Shown here in pieces: positions 1 to 8,167 of a DNA stretch of 9,962 bases. Each line of letters opens with the position of its first letter. The first letter of the stretch is position 1. Position numbers and translations under genes: made by a program. Source of the stretch: Octopus sinensis (lineage: Eukaryota); assembly GCF_006345805.1 (NCBI RefSeq), contig NW_021827739.1, positions 1 through 9,962 on the forward strand, given 5' to 3'. Under the pieces are notes generated by a model, which worked only from the letters and a program-made list of their open reading frames with translations, ran no database searches and had not been told where the DNA came from.

Positions 1-155
1 CATACATACATACACACGTGTGCGTGCATGCGTGCGTCCAAGTATATATACTTTCAGTTATTGTGTTTTTATGTTTGTTCTCTCATTCGTAGTTTAAATT
101 TAATATTCAGATATCTTACTGATATTTAACAGTAAGATACATCTTATAGTCTTAT

Positions 156-272
156 ATACACACACTCATGACACCAACCAACACCCCACACCCACACAAA
201 TGTATACATACACATACCTACACACACACACACACATACACACACGCACACACACACATATATATATATATA
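156..272. repeat. Imperfect (CA)n followed by (TA)n microsatellite
   Basis: Directly visible dinucleotide runs. Confidence 0.95.
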
Positions 273-496
273 TCCGTATTCTATTGATAAAAGGTGAGAA
301 ATTGAAGAGTTGCTAATTAATAATTATTTATTAATAAATTGATAATTCTTACTTCCTACAGCTGTTTCCATTTGTGCTCATTAAATAGATTACAAATTTA
401 TGCTTTAAATTTGCATTTATAAGATATGAGCAAAATATCATCAGGGAAAATGATATACATTCAAAGATTACATGTTGACCTCTTAGTTCATACCAG

Positions 497-870
497 CAGA
501 CTGAGCCATGTGGGAAGATGAATGGAGGCATGAATTCGCCATCACTAGTTATCACTCGAAACACCATGATGTTGACTGGATTTCTGAATTTTATCACTCG
601 GTACACGTCCTCAGATTACGCTCTCTTCAAATTGACACCCAAGCACTCTGATATGCTCGTATTAGAGCTTTCGACGCGAATACCAAGCAGTACAGCATGT
701 CGTTTCCCAATTTCTGGCAGTATAAATTGCGTCATGGTGCTGCTTTTCTCACAAACAGTCCCCAACTGACCCTACTCTACTGTGTAGTCAACAAAATAAA
801 ATAAAAACAACCAATACGAATGCGCCAAATGAAAAATTTAAAATGGCAACAATTTACCCATCGCAACCTG
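497..870 (-). mobile_element. Internally deleted, truncated Tc1/mariner-superfamily DNA transposon (maT/DD37D-like)
   Basis: Minus strand starts TA|CAGGTTGCGATGGGTAAATTGTTGCCAT (TA at 871-872), a Tc1/mariner-style end. From the ATG at 735 one frame reads MTQFILPEIGKRHAVLLGIRVESSNTSISECLGVNLKRA* (HTH-like), then SEDVYRVIKFRNPVNIMVFRVITSDGEFMPPFIFPHG, matching the 'K.P..IMVFGVI.SDG..MPP.IF' segment of the catalytic domain. The other end is not seen. Confidence 0.75.
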
Positions 871-1060
871 TATATTGCTAGCAGCGGGGGCGAACCCCTA
901 TCATCCTCTAGCAGATTACAGGATCGCGAGACTATCTCAGTTTCGATAGCCGGGGTCTGCTCCAGCCAGCAATATATTGTAAACAAAACGACCATCGGTA
1001 ACTGATTTGCAACAAGCAAAATAGTTCGTTGTAAAATCTCAAGATTATGTATAATTTCAA

Positions 1061-1208
1061 AATGTAACCACAAGTGAATCGTTGGCGATTTTTTTCCTAC
1101 GTCTTCTTTTTCTTCTTTTTCTCCTGTTTCTGAATAAGAGCTTTTCTTCCCTGAGCGTCTGTTAATACGTCCTTGCGTAGTTGTATTTTCTTGTGTTTGT
1201 TCTTCGTT
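1061..1208 (+). mobile_element. Penelope-like terminal-repeat fragment, copy A (hammerhead partly deleted)
   Basis: Aligns by eye with 2021-2210 (AATGTARCCA..GTGAATCGTTGGCGATTTTTTT ... CTGTTTCTRAA.AAGAG ... TTCCCT.AGCGTCTG.TAATAC). Keeps GTTT-CTGAATA-A-GAGC (1126-1141) but lacks the GAAACGT half. The Penelope assignment is inferred from the ribozyme type. Confidence 0.6.
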
Positions 1209-1303
1209 TATATATATATATATATATTTCTATATTTAAGAGATGAGGAATTATGTACATTATTTACATTTGACAGTTATTTATCCTCATCTTGTTTGTT
1301 GTT

Positions 1304-1349
1304 AACACAACGATTCGGCTGATATACCCTCCACCCTTCATCAGGTATC
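1304..1349 (-). ncRNA. Minimal type-I hammerhead ribozyme motif, degenerate
   Basis: Minus strand: GATAC-CTGATGA-A-GGGTG-gagggtatat-CAGCC-GAAT-CG-TT-GTGTT. Stem I GATAC/GTGTT (two G-U pairs), stem II 4 of 5 pairs, GAAA changed to GAAT. Confidence 0.7.
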
Positions 1350-1409
1350 TTGGGTTCTCATTCCTAAGGTATTTTTCGATATTATTATTATTACTATTAT
1401 TATTATTCA

Positions 1410-1483
1410 GGTCACTGCCTGGAATCGAACTCGGAATATTGGGGGTTAGTATCCCGTGCTCTTTACCACTACGCCATATGCCC
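1410..1483 (-). promoter_or_regulatory. tRNA-derived SINE-type head with Pol III A and B boxes
   Basis: Minus strand GGGCATATGGCGTAGTGGTAAAGAGCACGGGATACTAACCCCCAATATTCCGAGTTCGATTCCAGGCAGTGACC. A box TGGCGTAGTGG (1476-1466), B box GAGTTCGATTCC (1432-1421). Stems are mismatched, so not a functional tRNA. Confidence 0.8.
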
Positions 1484-1545
1484 GTGGCAATTATGGAGTG
1501 AATTTTAGGGCTTATAGATCTAATATTTTTCCTATCCTTCCTTTA

Positions 1546-1618
<73 letters not shown>

Positions 1619-1619
1619 G

Positions 1620-1708
<89 letters not shown>

Positions 1709-1709
1709 A
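1546..1709. repeat. (TATC)n microsatellite
   Basis: Near-perfect tetranucleotide array. Confidence 0.98.
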
Positions 1710-1876
1710 TAACAGAATAGTAAAGAGAGAGTTCTTTGTACAGTATCATATATATTTGAAAGAATGAGTAGAGACGGCTTTTGGGGGAGGGAGTGGAATA
1801 ATGTTCATTTTAAACTTTATTTTCAAGATTAAAATAAAAATTATCCTCTCAAATAAACCATCTCTACTCATTCTTT

Positions 1877-1886
1877 CACACACACA

Positions 1887-1947
<61 letters not shown>
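1877..1947. repeat. (CA)n microsatellite
   Basis: Direct observation. Confidence 0.98.
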
Positions 1948-1953
<6 letters not shown>

Positions 1954-2020
1954 ATACTGTGCTAAGAAGTCTTTCTTTATTATTCTACTTTATATATATA
2001 TGCATAAAAATTTTTTTTTA

Positions 2021-2210
2021 AATGTAGCCAAATGTGAATCGTTGGCGATTTTTTTTGTCTCCGTCTTCCTTTTCTATTGGACTTTCCTCTGTTTCTAAAG
2101 AAGAGTTTTGTTCGAAACGTTAAACCATCTTTCTTTCCTTCCCTTAGCGTCTGCTAATACTTTACATGTACTACGTCCACGCGTTGTGCTTTTTTCTTTT
2201 TGTGATTTAC
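2021..2210 (+). mobile_element. Penelope-like terminal-repeat fragment, copy B, with minimal hammerhead motif at 2091-2125
   Basis: GTTT-CTAAAGA-A-GAGT-ttt-GTTC-GAAA-CG-TT-AAAC: stem I GTTT/AAAC, stem II with wobble pairs, palindromic ACGT in place of stem III, core CTGA changed to CTAA. Homologous to 1061-1208 and followed by a TA-rich tract. Confidence 0.7.
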
Positions 2211-2332
2211 TATATATATAGATATAGATATAGATATACACATTTACATGCAAGCATACATATATGTAATGAAACATACAATAGATACATACAAACATAC
2301 GTGTGTACGTGTGTGTGCGCGTGCGCGTGCGT

Positions 2333-2378
2333 GTAGAGTCTGACGAAGGCGAGTAAGCCGAAACTTCGAAGTCTCTAC
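2333..2378 (+). ncRNA. Type-I hammerhead ribozyme motif with intact catalytic core
   Basis: GTAGA-gt-CTGACGA-A-GGC-gagtaa-GCC-GAAA-CTTCGAAG-TC-TCTAC. CUGANGA at 2340-2346, GAAA at 2360-2363, GUC triplet ending 2373. Stem III is the perfect palindrome ACTTCGAAGT. Stem I GTAGA/TCTAC is offset by 2 nt. Confidence 0.75.
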
Positions 2379-2496
2379 CAATCCCTTTCATGTAAAAGTT
2401 CGTTAGACATGTTCTCTACTATTAAGTATTGAGTAATCCCTCAGCTTTCTGTAAAATTGTTTTTATATCTAACTTGAAATAAAAAAGAGCATTAAT

Positions 2497-2566
2497 ACAC
2501 AGACACACACAGACACACACATACACACATACACACACACATACACACTCACACACATACACACAT
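2497..2566. repeat. Imperfect (CA)n microsatellite
   Basis: Direct observation. Confidence 0.95.
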
Positions 2567-2597
2567 GATCGTCTTTCAAGCTTCTATTATATATCAA

Positions 2598-3120
2598 CGT
2601 CTCACTCTGAGGACGAATCATGTGACTCTTTCTGTAGACCCATAATTTGAACTTACAAAGCTGTTAGATGTTGTTGTCTCCATGATCAATTGCTATAATA
2701 AATAACGTGTTAAAAATGAAATACTTTGGGACGGACACATAACTATTCATAAACACACTGAACTTTCCTAGAAATATAACGCTAATGCAATCTCTAAATC
2801 ATTTATTGTTTGTGCAAGGAAGCGTATGAGAGTTGCAAAATATACAGATCATGAGGAGGTCTTGACGACATGTTTTCTCCATTAACGTTTATGTGGTAAC
2901 ATCGTCTGTGGAGTAGAAATGCAAAGTACTGCTGGTAAGGAAGCTAGATACACGAGTAAGAAAGCTGGGGACGAGTTGTTATAGCGATTTTGAAATTGCC
3001 ATGCAATTGGTGTTAAAATTACCCAAGGTGGAACGGGTGTTATACAAACCGAACTTAAATTTTGCTATACAATGGTAATAACACTGGGTTGTGTTGCTCA
3101 CCAGGAATACACAGGTTTTT
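2598..3120 (+). pseudogene. Decayed pogo/Tigger-family (CENP-B/jerky-like) transposase, N-terminal DNA-binding region
   Basis: Manual translation of one frame from 2598 through several stops: RLTLRTNHVTLSVDP*FELTKLLDVVVSM (psq-type HTH start) ... ARKRMRVAKYTDHEEVLTTCFLH*RLCGNIVCGVEMQSTA ... AGDELL*RF*NCHAIGVKITQGGTG. This follows the CENP-B-type HTH pattern RKR.R...Y..LE..L..WF.Q.R..G..ISG ... S.GWL.RFK.RHGI.....GE. Confidence 0.75.
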
Positions 3121-3497
3121 GAGTGGCTGTGTGGTAAGTAGCTTGCTTACGAACCACATGGTTCCGGGTTCAGTCCCACTGCGTGGCACCTTGGGCAAGT
3201 GTCTTCTACTATAGCCTCGGGCCGACCAAAGCTTTGTGAGTAGATTTGGTAGACGGAATCTGAAAGAAGCCCGTCGTATATATGTATATATATATGTGTA
3301 TGTTTATGTGTTGTGTTTGTACCCCCACCCATCGCTTGACAACAGATGCTGGTGGGTTACGTCCCCGTAACTTAGCGGGTCGGCAAAAGAGACCGATAAA
3401 ATAAGTACTAGGCCTACAGTCCTGGGGTCGATTTCCTCGACTAAAGGTGGTGCTCCAGCATGGCCACAGTAAAATGACTGAAACAAGAATATGAGTA
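3121..3497 (+). mobile_element. tRNA-derived SINE (octopus-type) with internal microsatellite
   Basis: A box TGGCTGTGTGG (3124-3134), B-box-like GGGTTCAGTCCC (3166-3177), then CCTTGGGCAAGT as in CORE-like SINE bodies, an internal TA/TG tract (~3277-3320) and a 3' tail with a CAGT-aaatg-ACTG hairpin before GAAACAAG. Confidence 0.85.
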
Positions 3498-3544
3498 CTT
3501 GTCGTATATGTATGAATGTATGTTTGTGTGTGTATGGTTGTATG

Positions 3545-3687
3545 TAGGGGAGAAATCACCCCCATCCCCCCAAAAAGGAAAAAAAGAAAAAAAAGACTAA
3601 GACAGGTGGAGTAGATGACAAACAGATGTATTAGTTTAACGCTCGGGAAGTTAAAACGTCTTTAAGGTTTCGAGCCTACGCTCTTCC
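3545..3687 (-). mobile_element. Penelope-like terminal-repeat fragment, copy C (related subfamily), 5'-truncated hammerhead
   Basis: Minus strand GA-A-GAGC-gtag-GCTC-GAAA-CC-TT-AAAG (3686-3660), followed by TTCCCGAGCGTTAAACTAATAC (3649-3628), similar to the motifs at 1147-1168 and 2139-2160. Confidence 0.6.
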
Positions 3688-3696
3688 GTACGTGCG

Positions 3697-4004
3697 TATG
3701 TATGTATGTATGTATGTATGTATGTATGTATGTATGTATGTATGTATGTATGTATGTATGTATGTATGCATGTATGTATAAATGTATGTATGCTTGAATG
3801 ACTGTAAGTATGCATGTATGTATGTATGTTTGTATGTATATGTGTGTGTATGTATGTATGCATGATTGTATGTATGTATTCGTCTATGTATGTATGATTG
3901 TTTGTATGTATGTCTGTCTGTATATTTGTATGTTTGTATGTTTGTATGTAAGTATGTATGTATGTTTGTATGTATGCGTCTATGTGTGTTTGTATGTATA
4001 TTTG

Positions 4005-4038
<34 letters not shown>

Positions 4039-4147
4039 TGTATGTATGTATGTATGTATGTATGTAGGTAGGTAGGTATGTTTGTATGTGTGTGTAGGGA
4101 GGTGTGTATGTATGTATATATGTTTGTATGTATGTGTAGGTAGGTGT

Positions 4148-4180
<33 letters not shown>
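3697..4180. repeat. Compound (TATG)n / (TAGG)n / (TG)n microsatellite
   Basis: Direct observation; perfect blocks flank a degenerate centre. Confidence 0.97.
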
Positions 4181-4183
<3 letters not shown>

Positions 4184-4813
4184 GTGCATTGGAACATTAG
4201 GGTAAGTAAGCAGGAGATTAAAATATTTTAAATATTTGTAGTTTTGTATTTTACTTAAAAAATTTAATTGCAATTGTCTCCATTATTCTTTGTTCACGTT
4301 TGTGAATTGCCTTGTGTAACCTTATTAGTCAACCATACATTCACGTCAAAGAACATCTTTATATGAAAAGCGCTGAAGTCTTTTGTCAGTTAAAAACATC
4401 TGGCCTAATGGCCTAACAAGGATGTCACACACAATCAAGTCTTCTTATCGAAACGGTGGTAACTTAAATCTCTATATCAAAGTAAAGCCTCTGATGTTTA
4501 AGAAAGAAAAGAAAAGAGAAGAAAAGGAACAGCAGAGGGTTTCTCACGAAAATGAATGTTTAAAATACGGGTCGGTCACATACTGGGCCCTAGTTGAAAG
4601 ATAAACATGTTAACACAGGGAAAAAGTAAGCGGATCAAATCTCAAGCGTGAGAACATTTCAAAGGTGATATCTCTTTATAGATCAAACCAGGACAACATT
4701 GAATAAATAAAAAGGCCCTGGAACAAAACCACAAACAGAATCGGTGCCATTGTTTTGCTGTAGCTAGGGGCAAGTTTCAGGCTCAAATTATGAAGAAGAA
4801 TGAAGTTTTTATA

Positions 4814-5955
4814 CGAGAGTCGAAGTGAAAGTAATACAAAAGTGGGCATAACTTTTTTGTTAAATGACACAGGTTGATCAAGAAGCACCTGTTCAAAGGT
4901 AAATTCTTTCTTTATATAAAGGTACTACGAGACATAGTTTCTAACACAAGCAATGGATTTGCTTCGTAGTTGAACTTGACTCTCGAATCTTCTTTGAAAA
5001 AAAAAATCAATTACACACTGTTGTATCTATTTCTTCACAGCAACTTTCGCCTCGTTCGTGTCAACAAATCGTTGTTTCTGAAAACTGTCTTTCATTGGAC
5101 GAAACAGGTGGAAGTTGGAGGGTTCCTGATTCGGGCTGTACAGTGGAAAGGAGACCACTGACCAACCGAATTTTCCGATTGCTTGATTTGTTGCTGAGAC
5201 GTGTGTGGTCATGCATTATGTTGAATGTAGATTGTTTTCAGGTTCTTGTTGGGTCCTTTCCCACTATTGACTTCGCTATACTTTCCTGAGGATCTCAATG
5301 TACCACTTGCTGCGCACAGTAGAGCCAGGTCACAGAAAATCTAGAAAACGATGCCCTTGTCATCCCACCAAACAGTCAATTACGACCGAAGCAATCGCTG
5401 GCGCTTGAACTTTTTAAACTATAGAGAAGATGTGTGGTACTATTCTATGGACTGAGCTTTCGTTGTTTGGATCATAAAGATATGACTGTATTTCATTACT
5501 TATCACTATCTCAGATAAACAATGCCCCTTCATTATTTTCAAATGCTTCCAGCTGATCAGGACTGACTTTCGATTTTCTCTCCTTGAATTCGCGTATAGA
5601 TGACCAAAGTACAAACTTTGCATACGCTTCCTGATGACTAAATTCTGCCACTATCTTCTAGAACGCATTTTGACCTCTGTCCTGCTGTGCAGTAAGTTCA
5701 CAGATGGTGGTTCTGCTGCTGGTGCGAATCAATTCGGCCACTGACCACTGATTCATGTCAGTGGACGCAGCTGGTGGTTTGTCATCAATGATTGTCTTCC
5801 TTTTAAATTTCTCCATCCTTCTGTGTATCTTACTTTCGCCAATGAGGTTATCTCCGTAAACAACCTGCAGCCTTCTGTGGATCTCGGATAGCCTACACTT
5901 CTACGTCAAGAACTCAACAACTACATGTTGCTTCTGCCTACGTTATTTGTCCACA
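4814..5955 (-). mobile_element. Decayed mariner transposon with transposase pseudogene (~5955 to 4925)
   Basis: Minus-strand translation across stops and frameshifts: RQKQHVVVEFLT..SEIHRRLQVVYGD; LSEIVISNEIQSYLYDP (IVTGDETW..YDP); LTVWWDDKGIV; HNA*PHTS; GWSVVSFPLYSPNQEPSNFHLFRPMK (HPPYSPDLAPSDFHLF); FFQRRFESQVQLRSKSIACVRNYVS*. Probable end TA|CGAGAGTCGAAGTGAAAGTAATAC at 4812-4837; partner repeat not recognisable. Confidence 0.9.
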
Positions 5956-6149
5956 GTGAAAAGAGAAGAAAAAAAAGGGTTACTGCAGATGAAGAGTTAC
6001 TCTACCAGTATTTGCTATTTGAAGAGCGTCTGTCAGTTAATAAAAAAAAATTTCTGTCAATACTAACTTCGAATAAACAATTTAGTTCAAAGTCACTTCT
6101 GCATTTAATTGCAAAGGAAAAATAAGGTTAAAAAGAATGAGATAAACGA

Positions 6150-6600
6150 GAGCAACGTCCATAGCGATTCAAATTACAGAACGGTAATTTTATCATTTCG
6201 GTATTTGATCTCAAAACGGAAAACGACGTCTTCATGATTTTGATTTTGGGGATGTCGTCAATTAATAGCAATTGTACCTAAACTGTTGTGTGTGTTATCC
6301 ATCACAGGTTTCAGGCGAGACGTCTCAATCATCAGCAGCTTGAGGAAAACTGTGTTCACAACTGCTCCGCTTGCAGGCAGCAGCGCCAAAGCAATTTGAA
6401 ACAGTTTAAATAGTTGAAAGAAGGTATCCTGATAGGGATGTAAATCTCAAGTAACTCAGTCAACGAACTGAAAATGCGTGACTTCTTTTCGATAAGATAT
6501 TTTGCGCTGTGCCTTCAGGGCGTCTACGTTCAGCTGTTATCTGTTCATTATGAATTTGAGACCATTGATGTTAAGAAATCGGATACTTTGGAGATAGAGA
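6150..6600 (+). pseudogene. Possible heavily eroded second mariner transposase fragment
   Basis: Ordered traces across frameshifts: NGNF / FDLK (~6180-6215), LKQ..KVS**G (~6395-6440, resembling HLKQLGKVSRLG.W.PH.L) and ACCATTGATG..GAAATCGGATACTT (~6561-6588, resembling TGDEKWIL). Weak and by eye only. Confidence 0.35.
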
Positions 6601-6736
6601 TATGAAAATCACCTTATTATAAAACACTTTTCTTTCAAAAAGGAGAGTTGGGGTTCTGTCGAAATCTTATCCAAAACAAGAAGGAAGAGCAAACGGTGAA
6701 AATTAGTGGAACGGACTCTAGTTCTTGAATGACTTT

Positions 6737-6782
6737 CAAAAACCTTACTGACCACTTGACAAAAACCTTACTGACTTGACAA
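6737..6782. repeat. Short tandem duplication, 23-bp period
   Basis: CAAAAACCTTACTGAC at 6737-6752 and 6760-6775, each followed by (CA)CTTGACAA. Confidence 0.85.
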
Positions 6783-7036
6783 TTTGTCTCGTTTTTATGT
6801 ATATTCTTATCATAATGACTTGCAGAAAACTAGAGAGGGTGGTGTTTCGGCGGGTATATATCATGGACATTCGCAGACATGCACACACACACATAAATCC
6901 ATCCACACACATATACTCACTTACATATACATATATACAAGTATGTGCTCGAAAAATAAGGGGTGTTATTTTAGTTCACTGGTAGTGAACAGCTGACACC
7001 GTGTTACATCTCCAGCATTAGAAGCTGTGCAAAGGC

Positions 7037-7040
7037 AATA

Positions 7041-7081
<41 letters not shown>

Positions 7082-7112
7082 AATACTAATAATAATAATA
7101 ATAATAATAATA
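7037..7112. repeat. (ATG)n-(TAA)n microsatellite
   Basis: Direct observation. Confidence 0.97.
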
Positions 7113-8089
7113 CAAAAACTGTTCTCAGTATGTAAGGAAGCTGACAAATACAAACAAGCAGTTATACTACCTAACAAAAATGAAGAAGAAGTAACAACAA
7201 AAGCTATAAAACAAATTAAATCCAAACTAAAACTAGAACAGAAACAGACCATGATAAAACGATGGCAAGAAAAGGCCCTTCATGGGCTAAACTAAATGCA
7301 AAAGAAAAAGACAGAGAAAAATCCCAGCAATGGTTGAGAAGCTCAGGACTCAGAGCAGAGACTGAAGGTTTTTTAATTGCAGCACAAGACCAAAGCCTCC
7401 CCACCAGAAATTACCAAAAACATATGAAAAGAAACATAACAAGTAACTGCAGAATATGTGGAGATGGACAAAAAACAATAAATCATATGATCTCTGGCTG
7501 CCCAGTCCTAGTTAAGAAGGAATATATTCACAGACATGACAGAGTTGGGACCTACATACACTGGAAGCCATGCCAACACTATGGAATAACAACAGAAAAA
7601 AGATGGTATAGGCACACACCACAAAAGGTCACAGAAAACAAGAAAGCAACCATACTCTGCGATATGCCAATACACACAGATAGAGAAATTAAGGCCAATA
7701 GGCCAGACATAGTTGTCAGAGATCATGAAGAAAAGAAATGCTTTCTAATTGATGTATCAATACCAGCAGATGACAAGTTTCTCTAAAGTAAATGGAGTAA
7801 CTTTCAAAATACAAAGACCTGGAAACTCGAATGTGGAATCTAAAAACAGAAACAATCCCTATCATAATAGGCGCATTAGGTATGATAAAAAATATTCAGA
7901 CAAATACATAAAAACACCAGGGCTTACAAATATATATAACATATAGAAAATTGCACTACTAGGCACTGCACGCATCCTACGCAAAACTCTTTCAATTAGA
8001 GCATTACAGCAAACTACAGCACATACCCAAGACACACAAAGCTGCGCTGGGTAGTGAAGTGGAAGCACGATATAAAAATAAAACTGCTG
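7113..8089 (+). mobile_element. 5'-truncated R4/Dong-clade non-LTR retrotransposon (zinc knuckle + restriction-like endonuclease + 3' UTR)
   Basis: KRWQEKALHG; QWL..SGLRAETEGFLIAAQDQSLPTRNY; CCHC knuckle CRIC..TINHMISGC; YIHRHDRV; RPDIVVRD..CFLIDVSIP (PD..D nuclease); after frameshifts SKYKDLE, MWNLKTETIPIIIGALG and KIALLGTARILRKTLSI ending ~7997. Flanked on both sides by (TAA)n. No reverse transcriptase domain remains. Confidence 0.92.
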
Positions 8090-8123
8090 AATAATAATGA
8101 TAATAATAATAATAATAATAATA

Positions 8124-8165
<42 letters not shown>
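8090..8165. repeat. (TAA)n microsatellite
   Basis: Direct observation. Confidence 0.97.

Positions 8166-8167
<2 letters not shown>

Larger units (their letters stand above)
1231..1545 (-). mobile_element. Composite non-autonomous element: tRNA-derived head + (TAA)n + hammerhead motif + hairpin
   Basis: Unique sequence between (TA)n and (TATC)n tracts, containing A/B boxes, a TAA run (1380-1407), a hammerhead motif and the inverted repeat AGATGAGGA (1241-1249)/TCCTCATCT (1284-1292). Boundaries approximate. Confidence 0.65.

Noticed and set aside
1410-1483. Functional tRNA gene
   Set aside because: Acceptor, anticodon and T stems are mismatched and it is embedded in a repeat; better explained as a SINE-type head.
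1456-1946. ORFs rich in YLSI or CV repeats
   Set aside because: Translations of (TATC)n and (CA)n microsatellites.
2607-2630. CTGAGGA as a hammerhead core (also CTGATGA at 5631, CTGAAGA at 8524 and minus-strand CTGATGA at 438-444)
   Set aside because: No stem II followed by GAAA at a suitable distance.
3651-4197. ORFs up to 173 aa of HTYI/MYVC repeats
   Set aside because: Translations of the (TATG)n array.
4812-4987. Apparent inverted-repeat pair CGAGAGTC(G)AAGT at 4814 and ~4973-4985 suggesting a MITE
   Set aside because: The right-hand match lies within the mariner C-terminal coding frame (RFESQVQ), so it is probably coincidental.
6303-6340. Minus-strand CTGATGA..GAGACGTCTC..GAAAC hammerhead-like string
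   Set aside because: Stem II does not close next to the core, and no stem I partner or UH site follows.
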